64,000 bases of DNA from an uncultured delta proteobacterium (GCA_963755715.1 CAVWLW010000033.1:160001-224000); one strand, 5' to 3'. Shown: positions 29,977 to 40,598, counted from the first letter of the stretch. Numbers and translations are program-made. Notes: generated by a model not told the origin, from the letters alone.

Positions 29977-30762
29977 TCAGCTCATCAATCTGCCCCCAGA
30001 CACGTTCAGCGACTCTCCCGTAGTGTGCGACGAGTCGTTAGATGCTAAAAAGAGCGCCGCCTGGGCGACCTCTTCGTGCTTAGCGTACTTGCGCAGCGGC
30101 GTGAGTGCGAGGATTTGCGCTTCGTGGGCTTCGACCGTCATGCCCAGATTCTTGGCGCGTTGAGCGTACATTTCGCGCAGATCCGGCTCATCCATGCCGC
30201 CCGGGCAGATGATGTTGGCCCTGATTCCGTGCGGGCCATATTCCTTGGCGATGGTTTGGGTCAAGCCGACTACGCCCCATTTGGCGGCGCAAAGCGAACC
30301 ACGCATCGCCATGCCTTCTCGGCCGGCGGTGCCGGAAATGCTGACGATGCTGCCGCTTTTCTGTTTGACCATCTGCTTCAAGACCGCCCGACAGCACAAG
30401 AAGACCAGCTTGAGGTTGTAGAGAATCACGTCGTCGAATTCCTTTTCGCTGATATCGGTCACCTGCACCAGCGGGCCGCGAAACCCGGCGCTGTTGACGA
30501 GCACGTCGATCCGGCCGAAGCGGCGCACGATTTCGTCGACGAACGCATTGACCTGACGATCATCACTGCAGTCGGCGGTGAGCGCGACCGCCTTTCCGCC
30601 CTCTTGACTGATTGCTTGAGCGACACCGTCGAGCTGCGGCTTCATCTTTTTCAAGTCGACGAGAACAAGGCTTGCGCCTTCCTTGGAAAAAGTATGCGCG
30701 ATCGTCTCGCCGATGCCGCGCGCGCCGCCGACGATAACCGCGACCTGACCGTCTAGTTTCAT
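29977..30762 (-). CDS. Short-chain dehydrogenase/reductase
   Basis: GGARGIG, LVNSAG, IRANIICPG; the YxxxK motif reads LCAAK. Confidence 0.9.
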   Translation of the reverse strand: MKLDGQVAVIVGGARGIGETIAHTFSKEGASLVLVDLKKMKPQLDGVAQAISQEGGKAVALTADCSDDRQVNAFVDEIVRRFGRIDVLVNSAGFRGPLVQVTDISEKEFDDVILYNLKLVFLCCRAVLKQMVKQKSGSIVSISGTAGREGMAMRGSLCAAKWGVVGLTQTIAKEYGPHGIRANIICPGGMDEPDLREMYAQRAKNLGMTVEAHEAQILALTPLRKYAKHEEVAQAALFLASNDSSHTTGESLNVSGGRLMS

Positions 30763-30938
30763 TATTCGTTCTCCCAGATTTTGTTCGTTGAATTAGCGAT
30801 ACTGCTGAACGGAGCTAGAGGACACCATACTGAATTGTCTTGACGAGGACAACGGACTTCGACTAGCTTGCCGATGAGTTTTTGCCGCCGTCTCGAACAT
30901 TTCGCTCTCGTGTCCAACGTCAGCGCGAGGAGATGAAT

Positions 30939-31949
30939 ATGAAGCAGAGAAGTTTTCGTCGATGGTTTGTTCTCACCGTGATTTCACTCAGCGAGCCGGC
31001 GTTTGCCCAGGACGCCAAGCTGATTGATGCCGCGAAAAAAGAGGGCGGCAAGGTCATCGTCTACAGCTCGATGGAGTCCAGCATTTCGGACGGGATTGCC
31101 GCGGCGTTCAAAAAGAAGACTGGCTTGGAGATGGAATATTGGCGCGGCTCGTCGACGAAGGTGCTCGATCGCGCCCTCAGCGAACACCGGGCCGGGAAGC
31201 CGCTCTTCGATGTCGCCATCACCATCGCGGATCCAATGTTTCTCATGCAGAGCGAAGGTGTTTTCGCCAAGTATGAATCGCCGTCGGCGGCGGACTATCC
31301 GAAATCGCTGATCGATCCGAACTTGGGACCGAATTATCGCACGCTGCTGATCGGTATCGTCTACAATAAAAACTCGATCAAACCCGCCGATGCGCCGAAG
31401 TCTTTCGAAGATTTGGTTAAGCCTCAGTTTAAGGGCAAAGTCATCATGCCCGATCCGACGCAACACACGACGACGACGCAGTGGGTCGCCAGTCTGCCAA
31501 AGCTTCTGGGCAAAGAGCGGGCCGACAAGTTTACTCGCGACCTGGCGGCAACAAAGCCGATTTTGGCTGAGTCACTCCTTCCGCCGGTCGAACGCGCGGT
31601 GAGCGGAGAGGTGCCGATCGCGATCACACTCCTTCATTATACCTATGTGTTCAGTCAGAAGGGCGCGCCGTTGGATTACGTGCGCATGCCGCGGCTGCTC
31701 GGCGACGCCAATTACGTCGCCCTGGCAAACAAAGCGCCGCATCCTAACACGGGCAAGGCGTTCATCGATTATTTTCTCGACGACGAGTGCATGAATCTGA
31801 TGGCGAAGCTCGGCGAGTTCGTAAATCGCAAGGGCATCGCTTCGCCGCTGGAAGGAGTGGATAAGATCCAGTTCGTACCGATGGAACGGCTCGACGCAAA
31901 AACTTACGCGGAGAAAAAGAAGGAATACCAGAAGTTATTTCTGCAGTGA
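30939..31949 (+). CDS. Fe3+/thiamine-type (SBP_bac_6) extracellular solute-binding protein
   Basis: Signal peptide AFA-QD; AAKKEGGKVIVYSS, APHPNTGKAFIDY. Confidence 0.85.
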   Translation: MKQRSFRRWFVLTVISLSEPAFAQDAKLIDAAKKEGGKVIVYSSMESSISDGIAAAFKKKTGLEMEYWRGSSTKVLDRALSEHRAGKPLFDVAITIADPMFLMQSEGVFAKYESPSAADYPKSLIDPNLGPNYRTLLIGIVYNKNSIKPADAPKSFEDLVKPQFKGKVIMPDPTQHTTTTQWVASLPKLLGKERADKFTRDLAATKPILAESLLPPVERAVSGEVPIAITLLHYTYVFSQKGAPLDYVRMPRLLGDANYVALANKAPHPNTGKAFIDYFLDDECMNLMAKLGEFVNRKGIASPLEGVDKIQFVPMERLDAKTYAEKKKEYQKLFLQ

Positions 31950-32033
31950 ACCGCAGATGCTGTCCTAGTCACAGCAAGTAAAACGCGACAGTCGAGAATT
32001 CGCCGCCAAAGGGAAATTGCCTGGATGGCTTTT

Positions 32034-32071
32034 GTTTCCCGCCTTCACATCGGTGCGTGAAGGCGGGAAAC
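32034..32071. terminator. Perfect 15-bp inverted repeat between convergent genes
   Basis: GTTTCCCGCCTTCAC-N8-GTGAAGGCGGGAAAC. Confidence 0.65.
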
Positions 32072-32089
32072 GGATCACAGGGCTTGCCG

Positions 32090-33058
32090 CTAACCGAGCA
32101 CTTTGGAGTATTTCTCACGCAGCTTGGCGAAGCGTTGGCCGCCTTCGGTTGCCGCTTTGCGAAAATCTTCCGGCATGACGTTATACGGCGGACGAATCGG
32201 GCCCGGCTTACAGTATCCCGAGGCGCCCATCAGGATTTTTTCCATTTGAATATTGTACGACGCGAAGACTTCTTGCGAGCCGGTCATTACATGATGGGGC
32301 TCGTTCGCCCAGGCGATATCATCGGCGACGGCTTTGGCTTGTTGCGCGTCATGGGCCGCCAGAGCTTTCATGAGCGCTAGACCTACCTGCGGGCCGACCG
32401 AAGGAATCCAGCAGGTATTTTGCGACTCGGGCGAAATCTGCGCGAATTCGTAGGCGAGGCCGATGGGCGGCACCAAGTTGACCCGTCCTTTGGTGACATC
32501 GACGACTTTTTTCAAAATCGCTTTGCTGGAGAATTTAGCCGACATCACCGTCGGTGCTTTCTCGACCACCGGGCCCCAAAAATCGGCATCGAAGGCGAAA
32601 CGGAAGGCGCGCGGGTTGGCATAAACCATGATCGGAAAATCTGGAAACGTTTGCGCCACGTCGGCGTAAAACTTGACCGCCATATCGAGAGTCGCCGGCT
32701 GCCACATCGGAATGCCGAGCAGCGTGCCGGTGGCGCCGAGTCCCTTGACGAACTTGATGCGCCGCGCGGTGTCGTGGCCGCTCAACGCCGTCGTGCCGAC
32801 GAAAGTCGGGATGCGTCCATGAACGGTTTTCAGCAGACAATCGACGTACGCTTCGTAATCGCTTTGCGCTGTCGTCGCGCACTCGCCCATGGTGCCGAGC
32901 GCCATGATGCCCGTGGCGCCGTCGCGCACCAAGCTCTCGGCAAGACGTGCGGTTTCGTCCAAGTCCACCGTGTTCGTGGCGTCGAGACGATCCGCTCCTT
33001 CTTTGGCCGGCGTCGGCATGATGGCTAAGACGCCGCGCAGATCTTTGGCAGTGATCAT
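32090..33058 (-). CDS. NahE/PhdJ-like hydratase-aldolase (N-acetylneuraminate lyase/DapA family)
   Basis: GVLAIMPTPAK, TVDLDETARL, GTMGECAT, LGIPMW, VYANP.AFRF, GPIRPPY. Confidence 0.85.
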   Translation of the reverse strand: MITAKDLRGVLAIMPTPAKEGADRLDATNTVDLDETARLAESLVRDGATGIMALGTMGECATTAQSDYEAYVDCLLKTVHGRIPTFVGTTALSGHDTARRIKFVKGLGATGTLLGIPMWQPATLDMAVKFYADVAQTFPDFPIMVYANPRAFRFAFDADFWGPVVEKAPTVMSAKFSSKAILKKVVDVTKGRVNLVPPIGLAYEFAQISPESQNTCWIPSVGPQVGLALMKALAAHDAQQAKAVADDIAWANEPHHVMTGSQEVFASYNIQMEKILMGASGYCKPGPIRPPYNVMPEDFRKAATEGGQRFAKLREKYSKVLG

Positions 33059-33134
33059 AATTTTCCTCCTACATTGGAATTGGCATTATTTGTTTGTTTA
33101 ACACGCGAGGTCGATGCCAATCAACGCGAGACGA

Positions 33135-33831
33135 CTAAATCCGGGTCGGCAGCCGATGGGTTAAAACGATTTCGCGGGGCGAGACGGAAGCGTGATAGGG
33201 CAGCGCTTCGACGCCTGCTCTGATCGCTTTGCGCAGCCAACGGCCGTATTCCGGGTCGATCTCGTCGGCGGGACGAAAGTATTCGCAGTCGCGCCGCTGC
33301 ACGACGAACAGGATCACCGCGCGGTGGCCTTTGCGTTTGAGCCGAATTAATTCTTTCAAGTGTTTGGTGCGCGCGCTCGCTGACGGCGTCGGGGAAGGCG
33401 GCGGCGCCGTCGATACAAGCCGTGACGTTCTTTACTTCGACGTAACAGCAACCGTCGCGGCCGTCCAAACAAAGATCGAGCCGGCTGTGGCGGCCGACTT
33501 TGACTTCTCGACGGACGGTTTCATAACCGCGCAGTTCCGGGATCACGTCCGCGGCGACCGCTTCCGCGACCAAGTGGTTCGGATGCATCGTATTGATGCC
33601 GACCCAGTGCCGATCGATCTGGATCATTTCCCAGGTGAAGGCGAGCTTGCGACCTTTATTTTCGCTGCGCGAGAGATAAACGACGCTGCCCGGCTCTTTG
33701 CAACCGAGCATGCTGCCGGTGTTGGTGCAGTGCGCGGTGACGATGGCGCCGTCGGCGAGGCGGACGTCGGCGAGAAAGCGCTTGTAGCGTTGCACCAGCG
33801 TGCCGCGGATGAGTTTCGCTGTGAAGCGCAT
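33135..33831 (-). CDS. sfsA: DNA/RNA nuclease SfsA, +1 frameshift near 33367
   Basis: RYKRFLADV, AHCTNTGSM, VEVKNVT, FPDAVSER, then TKHLKEL...FRPADEIDPEY in the next frame. Confidence 0.9.
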
Positions 33832-33941
33832 GCATCAAGTTTATAGCCGAAGAGAAAGTTGTTTCACAGCGTTGGCCAATTTCTTGCACTCCCAGGATCG
33901 CTTTGTTAGGGTCGATGAATAATTTCTGATTCGGAGACGGC

Positions 33942-36156
33942 ATGGCGAAGCGACAACTCAAATACGTCGGGCACAGTGTTCCGCGAGTCGACGGCGTCGA
34001 CAAAGTAACCGGCAAAGCAAAATTCGTCGGCGACATCGTCGTCCCCGGCATGCTTTACGGCAAGATCCTTCGCAGTCCGTACCCGCACGCGCGAATTCGC
34101 GCCATCGACGCGACCGAGGCCGAAGCTTTACCCGGAGTCGTCGCGGTGCTGACCGCGGCCGACATCGACGACCTCAACCCGATCTACAATGGGCGACCGA
34201 TTATCGCGATGCATAAAGTCCGCTATGTCGGCGAGCCGGTGGCGGCGGTGGCGGCGCTCGACTTAGCGACGGCGGAAGAGGCGCTCGGCCTGATTCAGGT
34301 CGACTACGAAGAACTGCCGGCGGTAGTCGGTATCGACGCGGCGGTGAAAAAAGACGCGCCGCTCATTCACGAAGAGAAGGGCGGCAACATCGGCACGCAT
34401 GAACAGGTCAGACGCGGCGACGCCGACGCCGGCTTCGCGCAATCGGACGAGATCGTCGAAGACACGTTCACTTTTCCGATGGTCTATCACTACGCGATGG
34501 AACCCCATTCGGTAATCGCTCACTGCGACAGCGATGAAGTAACGGTTTGGTCGTCGGCGCAGCATCCGTTTCAAGTGCGCGGCGATATCGCCAAGCTTTT
34601 CAAATTGGCGCCGGCGAAAGTGCGCCTGATCATCAATTATCTAGGCGGCGGCTACGGCAGCAAATCGTACACAAAATTCGAACCGCTGGTGGTCGCGCTG
34701 GCGCGCAAGGCGCGCCAGCCGGTGCGAATTTGCAATTCGGTCGGCGAATCGATGGTGACGGTGCGCCGTCATGGCGCGCGCGTGCGGATTAAAACCGGCG
34801 TCAAGCGCGACGGCACGATCCTGGCGCGCGAGGCGGAAATCTATCTCGACACCGGCGGTTACGACGACAACGGGCCGCAGGTGACGGCGCGCTCGGCGAC
34901 CCGGATCCTCGGCCCTTACTGGATTCCGAATATTCGCACCGACGCGTATCAGGTTTATACCAACACCGGGTCGGCGGGCTCGTACCGCGCGATCGGCGCG
35001 CCGCAGGTGATTTATGCCGGCGAGTCGCAGATCGAAATCCTTGCGGCGAAGCTCGGCATGGACCCGGCCGAGCTGCGCATGAAAAATCTGCTCAAAGACC
35101 GGCCAGGAGCTCCGGCCGGGGTTGAAAGGCATCGACGCCAATCTGTCCTCGAGTCTCAAGACCCTGGTGCGCGCCAGCGGCTGGAAGAAATCGCTCAAGA
35201 AAAATCACGCTCCAATCGGCATGGGCTGCGCGATCACCAACGCCGGCGCGACGCCGGTGTCGGTGGCGTTGATCCGCATGCAATCGGACGGCATCGCCAA
35301 TATTTCGGCGGGCAGCACGGAAATGGGGCAGGGCGTGCGCACGACGTTAACCCAAATCGCCGCGGAAGAGCTGACCTTGCCGATGGAGAGTTTTCGCATG
35401 CTCGGCGCCGATACCAAGGTGACGCCTTACGACAGCTCGACCGGATCGAGCCGCTCGACGACGCTGATGGGAACGGCGGTGCAAAAAGCGGCGCGCGACT
35501 TGAAACAACAGTTCATAAAAATCGGCGCGCAAACGATGGGTGTAAAACCGAGCCAAGTTCAAGTCGCCGACGGCGCCTTGATCTGCGGCGAATCCCGGCT
35601 GACTTTCAAGGAAGCCTTCGAGCGCCGTTTCGGTAAGGGCTCGGGGGGCGAAATGATCGGGCGCGGCGAAGCCGGACCGGAGATCACGGACAACCAGCTG
35701 CCGGTTTTCTGGGAAGTCGGCATGGGCACTTCGGAGGTCGAGATCGATCATGAGACCGGCGAAGTGAAGCTCAAAAAATTTATCTCCGTCGCCGACGTCG
35801 GCAAGGCGATCCATCCCGACCACTGCGTCGCCCAGGAAGAGGGCGCGGCGATGCAGGGGATCGGCCACACGTTTTTCGAGCAGCTCATTTACGACAATGG
35901 TCAATTGATCAACCCGAATTTGATCGATTACCGGATTCCGACGTTCGCCGACGTGCCGGAGGAATTTCACACGATACTCGTCGAGAACGGCGACGGCCCC
36001 GGACCGTTCGGCGTGCGCGGTATGGCCGAAGGCGGCATTCTTTCGGTCGCGCCGTCGGTGTGCAATGCCATTGATCGTGCGACCGGCGTGCGCATCCGTG
36101 ACTTGCCGCTGACGCCGGAGCGGGTTTGGCGCGCGCTCAAAGATTCTCCAAAATGA
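33942..36156 (+). CDS. Xanthine dehydrogenase-family molybdopterin-binding (CoxL-like) subunit, +1 frameshift near 35095
   Basis: KVTGKAKF, LGGGYGSK, YRAIGAPQ, then EMGQG, DVGKAI, GPFGVRGMAE, LPLTPERV. Confidence 0.9.
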
Positions 36157-36231
36157 TTATTTATCAGGACGGATTGATCGCGATTAGTCTGTGTCAGCGA
36201 GCGCTTTTACCATCCGCACAGTCGTGAGGCC

Positions 36232-36744
36232 ATGAAAAATTCCACCGATGTATCCGGATTTCAAATTCAAGCGGCAACCAAGGCCGATGTGCCGATAATT
36301 CTTTCGTTCATCAAGAAATTGGCAGACTACGAGCGCTTGTCGCATGAGGTTGTTGCCACTGAGGAGATTCTCCGGGAAACGCTTTTCGGCCGGCGGCGTA
36401 CCGCCGAAGTGGTGCTCGGCTATTTCAAGAAGCAGCCGGTGTGCTTTATGCTCTTCTTTCACAGTTATTCGACATTCCTTGGCCAGCCAGGGATTTACAT
36501 CGAAGACCTCTACGTCGATGAAGCGTTCCGTCGGCGCGGCTTCGGCAGCGCTTTGCTGCGTTATATCGCCAAATTGGCGACGGAGCGGCGTTGCGGTAGG
36601 TTGGAATGGTCGGTGTTGGATTGGAACGAGCCGGCGATCAATTTTTACAAAAAACTTGGCGCGGTGCCGATGAGAGAATGGACGGTATTCCGCATGACCG
36701 GTGAGAAGCTAAAGAAACTCGCCGACGCGGGCATTTCGCGCTAG
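36232..36744 (+). CDS. GNAT N-acetyltransferase (spermidine/spermine acetyltransferase-like)
   Basis: YSTFLG..GIYIEDLYV, RRRGFG, LEWSVLDWN.PAINFY. Confidence 0.9.
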   Translation: MKNSTDVSGFQIQAATKADVPIILSFIKKLADYERLSHEVVATEEILRETLFGRRRTAEVVLGYFKKQPVCFMLFFHSYSTFLGQPGIYIEDLYVDEAFRRRGFGSALLRYIAKLATERRCGRLEWSVLDWNEPAINFYKKLGAVPMREWTVFRMTGEKLKKLADAGISR

Positions 36745-36768
36745 ACTGCCGCGCATCGCTGCGCTTTT

Positions 36769-37431
36769 TCAGTGGCTCGCCAGCGGTATTCGGATCTTGA
36801 TATCCGTGCCTTTTCCCGCGGCAGTGTCGAGCGTGAGAGTGCCGCCGATCTTGCGAATCCGTTCCCGCATACCCGCCAGTCCATAATGGCCGGTTCCACC
36901 GACCGACGCGGTATCAAAACCGACGCCGTTATCGCGCAAGCGGGCCTCGCAGACCCTGTCGGTAGTTTTGAGCGCAAGATGCAATTCGGTCGCGCGCGAA
37001 TGGCGCACCGTGTTGAGAATCGCTTCGCGCAAGGTAAAGTAAAGTTCCCTTTCCATAACGATGGGCAAGTTGTGGGCGCCGATGGCGCAGCGAAAATCGA
37101 GCTTGAAACCGGTGCGCGCGCAAAAAATTTCCAATTCTTGCTTGAGCCGCCGTTCCAACGTGCCGGCTTGCAGATCCTCCGCGCTCTGATTCTCGGTGAG
37201 TAGATTGCGGATCTCGATAATCGCCTTGTCGATGTTGTCTTCGATGGTTTGCAGCTCGTTTTCAAGCGCGCTGCGATTGTCGAGCAGTTCGCGGTGACAG
37301 GTTTCCGCGCGCAGCCTCACGCTCGCCAGCGACTGCAACACGCGGTCGTGCAACTCGCGAGAGATCCGCTGTCGTTCCTCCATGACCGCGGTGGCAAGCC
37401 GACTGGTTATTTTTTTTGGGATTTTTTTCAC
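36769..37431 (-). CDS. HisKA_3 histidine kinase lacking a sensor domain
   Basis: EERQRISRELHD, EAILNTVRHS, DNGVGFD, GLAGMRER, GKGT. Confidence 0.88.
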   Translation of the reverse strand: MKKIPKKITSRLATAVMEERQRISRELHDRVLQSLASVRLRAETCHRELLDNRSALENELQTIEDNIDKAIIEIRNLLTENQSAEDLQAGTLERRLKQELEIFCARTGFKLDFRCAIGAHNLPIVMERELYFTLREAILNTVRHSRATELHLALKTTDRVCEARLRDNGVGFDTASVGGTGHYGLAGMRERIRKIGGTLTLDTAAGKGTDIKIRIPLASH

Positions 37432-37518
37432 GGTCCTTTGGCGACGTTGCCTGATTGAGAGGGCTTGGGTAATGGGTTAATTGGGGTTAGGCGCGCTTAG
37501 CTTCCGTCTGATTTCTCT

Positions 37519-38235
37519 TTATGACGCGGCCAGATGCCGGGCCAAAAAGTCGAGAGTTCTCGGCCAGGAAGCTTCGTCGGCGTGGCGGCGATAGCTTTCT
37601 TTCGTGCTATCCATAAACGCATGGCCGGCATTGGCGTAGGAGTGAAATTCATGCGGCTTTTGGAACTTCTTGAGCTCGGCGTCGAGCTTCGCCATGTCTT
37701 CGGGCGACGGATTGCCATCGTCGGCACCAAAGTGGCCCTGGAGCGGACAATGAATTTCCGCGCTCCGTTCGAACGGCGACGGAATGTCCCGTCCCCACGC
37801 GCGAAAAGTGTTGCCCGGATAATAAGCGACCGCTGCTTTGAATGCCGGAATGGCGGCAGCCATGAGATAAACCACCCGCCCGCCCATGCAAAATCCGATA
37901 ATCCCAATCTTTCCGGCGTCGACCGCGCTGTGGTTTTGTAAGAAGCCGACTGTGGCGTTGATGTCGTTGATGATTCTTCGGTCGCTCAGGCGCGACCGTC
38001 GGGTCACGAGGTCGTCTTTACAATCCGGGCCGTCGCGGTGATAAAGGTCGGGCGCGACGGAAAGATAGCCGGCGCCGGCGAGACGCTCGGTCATGTTCCG
38101 CACGAACTCGTCGACGCCGCCTTGATGTTGAATCACGACCATCGCGGGGAACGGGCCCGCGCCGTCCGGCGCGCTCAGATGCAGCCGCATTGAGCTGTTA
38201 TCAGACTCGGTTTGTTGCCAACTCGATGATGTCAT
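37519..38235 (-). CDS. Dienelactone hydrolase family protein
   Basis: APDLYHR, GFCMGG, AGHAF. Confidence 0.92.
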   Translation of the reverse strand: MTSSSWQQTESDNSSMRLHLSAPDGAGPFPAMVVIQHQGGVDEFVRNMTERLAGAGYLSVAPDLYHRDGPDCKDDLVTRRSRLSDRRIINDINATVGFLQNHSAVDAGKIGIIGFCMGGRVVYLMAAAIPAFKAAVAYYPGNTFRAWGRDIPSPFERSAEIHCPLQGHFGADDGNPSPEDMAKLDAELKKFQKPHEFHSYANAGHAFMDSTKESYRRHADEASWPRTLDFLARHLAAS

Positions 38236-38297
38236 TGAATCCTCCATCCCATGCTTTGGTCCAGCGATTCGAATCTAGCAAGTTTGCCCACCAGCGC

Positions 38298-38999
38298 TCA
38301 ATCATCGAGCAGCGCTAAGATCGACCGCAAGCTGTTGATGCGGTCGGAAGCCGGCGCGGCGGATGTTTTGCCCCGTTCAACCAGGATGCCTTTTAGGCCG
38401 GCTTGGTTGGCGCCGGATAGATCATTTATCTCACTGTCACCAACGTGAAGCGCCTGTGCGGGGGCGAGACCGTGACAGCTCAGCGCGGCATTAAAGATCC
38501 GCCCATCGGGTTTGGCGTAGCCAACCCGGCTGGATACGAAAATATTTTCGAATTGCGCACCCGCGCCCAGACCGTCAAGGATTCGCACTAGCCGTGAATC
38601 GAAGTTCGAGATCACGTCAAGAATTAAATCGCGTTCTTTGAGCGAGGTCAGCGTTTCTAGCACCTCGGGATAGAGCGTCCACGCGTTGGGCGAGGCAAAA
38701 TAAGCGAACAGCTCGGCAAAGTACTCTTCGAAACGGACAAATGGGCTCCACGGCTCAAAGACTTGGGCAACCAAGCTTTTCCACCAATCGCGTTCCAGTG
38801 CGGCCACGGTGTCTTCGGTGGCGCCGGGAAATGCCAGCCGCGGCGCGGCGTCAAAGCACGTTCGGAAGCGCTCCGTGATGTTTGTCGACGAAACCTCTTT
38901 GCCGTGCTTGGCGGCGATCGCCGCATAGCTTTCGCCCACGCTCCTGGCGGGCTTGATCAAGGTGCCCGCCGCGTCAAAAAAAACCGCTTTAATCGTCAT
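38298..38999 (-). CDS. HAD-superfamily hydrolase (REG-2/HDHD3-like)
   Basis: FFDAAGTL, ISNFDSR, KPD, HVGDS..D. Confidence 0.9.
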   Translation of the reverse strand: MTIKAVFFDAAGTLIKPARSVGESYAAIAAKHGKEVSSTNITERFRTCFDAAPRLAFPGATEDTVAALERDWWKSLVAQVFEPWSPFVRFEEYFAELFAYFASPNAWTLYPEVLETLTSLKERDLILDVISNFDSRLVRILDGLGAGAQFENIFVSSRVGYAKPDGRIFNAALSCHGLAPAQALHVGDSEINDLSGANQAGLKGILVERGKTSAAPASDRINSLRSILALLDD

Positions 39000-39062
39000 G
39001 GCGAGATGTGGAGTGGATAATGCCAATTGCAACGAAGCTAGCATGCTTTATAATTGAAATCG

Positions 39063-39659
39063 ATGCCGGGAAAAGACGCACTCATCATTGTCGATGTACA
39101 AAATGACTTCTGCCTGGGCGGCGCACTCGCCGTTCGAAACGGAGACGAAGTTGTACCGGTGTTGAACCGATATATTGAAAAATTCCTGGATGCCCGGTTG
39201 CCGATCTTTGCCACGCGCGATTGGCATCCGGCAAAAACGATCCATTTCAAAGCCTACGGTGGGATGTGGCCGGTGCATTGCGTGCAAGGAACCCACGGCG
39301 CCGAATTTCATGCCGATTTAAAACTCGCAAAAGAGATTGTCATAATTTCAACCGGTATGGCACCAAGCGAAGATGGCTACTCCGGCTTCCAAGGCCGTGA
39401 CTCAGCCGGCATGCTCCTCGGCGATCTGCTGCGTCAACACGGAGTTGAAAGAATCTTTGTCGGCGGATTGGCCACCGACTACTGCGTAAAGCAGACCGTG
39501 CTTGACGGTTTGAGTCAGGGATTTAAGGTTATGGTGATCGGCGATGCAGTTCGGGGCGTCGATTTAAACCCCAATGACTCCGTGCAGGCTCTCAAAGAGA
39601 TGAGTGAGGCCGGCGCGGTTATGCTTGCCGGGATTGAAAATTTGCACGTCACTGGATAG
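39063..39659 (+). CDS. pncA: Nicotinamidase/pyrazinamidase
   Basis: VDVQNDFC.GGALAV, DWHP, WPVHCVQ, GLATDYCV. Confidence 0.93.
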   Translation: MPGKDALIIVDVQNDFCLGGALAVRNGDEVVPVLNRYIEKFLDARLPIFATRDWHPAKTIHFKAYGGMWPVHCVQGTHGAEFHADLKLAKEIVIISTGMAPSEDGYSGFQGRDSAGMLLGDLLRQHGVERIFVGGLATDYCVKQTVLDGLSQGFKVMVIGDAVRGVDLNPNDSVQALKEMSEAGAVMLAGIENLHVTG

Positions 39660-39755
39660 TTCCCGCCACTTTCTAGGGTCCGGCCTTTTTAGAGACGACG
39701 CCCCGAGTTGCCTAGATTCCCGTTCTGGTGTCTAATTAGAAAGGTCACTCCAGGT

Positions 39756-40565
39756 GTGAATTTGACAAACAGTTTTCAGTACAGTGAAGAATTGGCTGCG
39801 GCGGAGCAAGCCGCGCGCGAGGCGGGCGCGGCTGTGATGAGCTTGTTCAACGGCAAGTTCGATGTCCGCGAGAAAAGCAAAAATAATCCGGTCACCTCAG
39901 CCGATCTCGAAGCCAATCGTATCATTCGCCAGCGGGTTCTTGAGTCGTTCCCCGCCGACGGTTGGCTATCGGAAGAAGATCAGGACAATTCCGAGCGCTT
40001 AGCTTTGTCGCGGGTGTGGGTCGTCGATCCGATCGACGGGACCAAAGAGTTTATCGAAGGCGTACCGCAATTTGCCGTATCGATTGCCTTTGTGGTCGAC
40101 GGTCGACCGCAGGTCGCGATTGTTTATAACCCCGCGAAGGAGCGTTTTTACAAAGCCGCGCTGGGCCAAGGGGCTTTCTTGAATGACGCCACCATTCACG
40201 TCAGTTCGCGCCGTGACATCAACGGCGCTTCACTTTTGGTGAGCCGCTCCGAGCCGCAAAGAAAATTTCAAGTTTTCGTCGACCACTGTGCGATACGGCC
40301 GGTGGGCAGCATTGCCTATCGGCTCGCCAAAGTGGCGGGCGGTGACGGCGACGCTACCATTACGTTTCGAAACATTCACGAGTGGGATATTTGCGCCGGC
40401 GTGCTGATGATCGAAGAAGCAGGCGGCAAGGTGGTGGACGGCGAGGGCAAGCCGATGCGATTCAATCGCGAGCTGCCCAAGCATCGCGGCGTCGTGGCGA
40501 CCAACAGTCTTTTGAGCGAAGGGTTGCAAAACCTGTGGGCCGACGCCATGGCGGTGAAGAAGTAA
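39756..40565 (+). CDS. cysQ: CysQ/inositol monophosphatase family phosphatase
   Basis: PVTSADLEAN, LSEE, WVVDPIDGTKEF, WDICAG. Confidence 0.82.
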   Translation: MNLTNSFQYSEELAAAEQAAREAGAAVMSLFNGKFDVREKSKNNPVTSADLEANRIIRQRVLESFPADGWLSEEDQDNSERLALSRVWVVDPIDGTKEFIEGVPQFAVSIAFVVDGRPQVAIVYNPAKERFYKAALGQGAFLNDATIHVSSRRDINGASLLVSRSEPQRKFQVFVDHCAIRPVGSIAYRLAKVAGGDGDATITFRNIHEWDICAGVLMIEEAGGKVVDGEGKPMRFNRELPKHRGVVATNSLLSEGLQNLWADAMAVKK

Positions 40566-40598
40566 TGCTCTGGCGAAGGATGAGCGAGATCCAAGTTC

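Noticed and set aside
33942-36156. Aerobic CO dehydrogenase
   Set aside because: Lacks the AYxCSFR motif and coxMS/accessory genes
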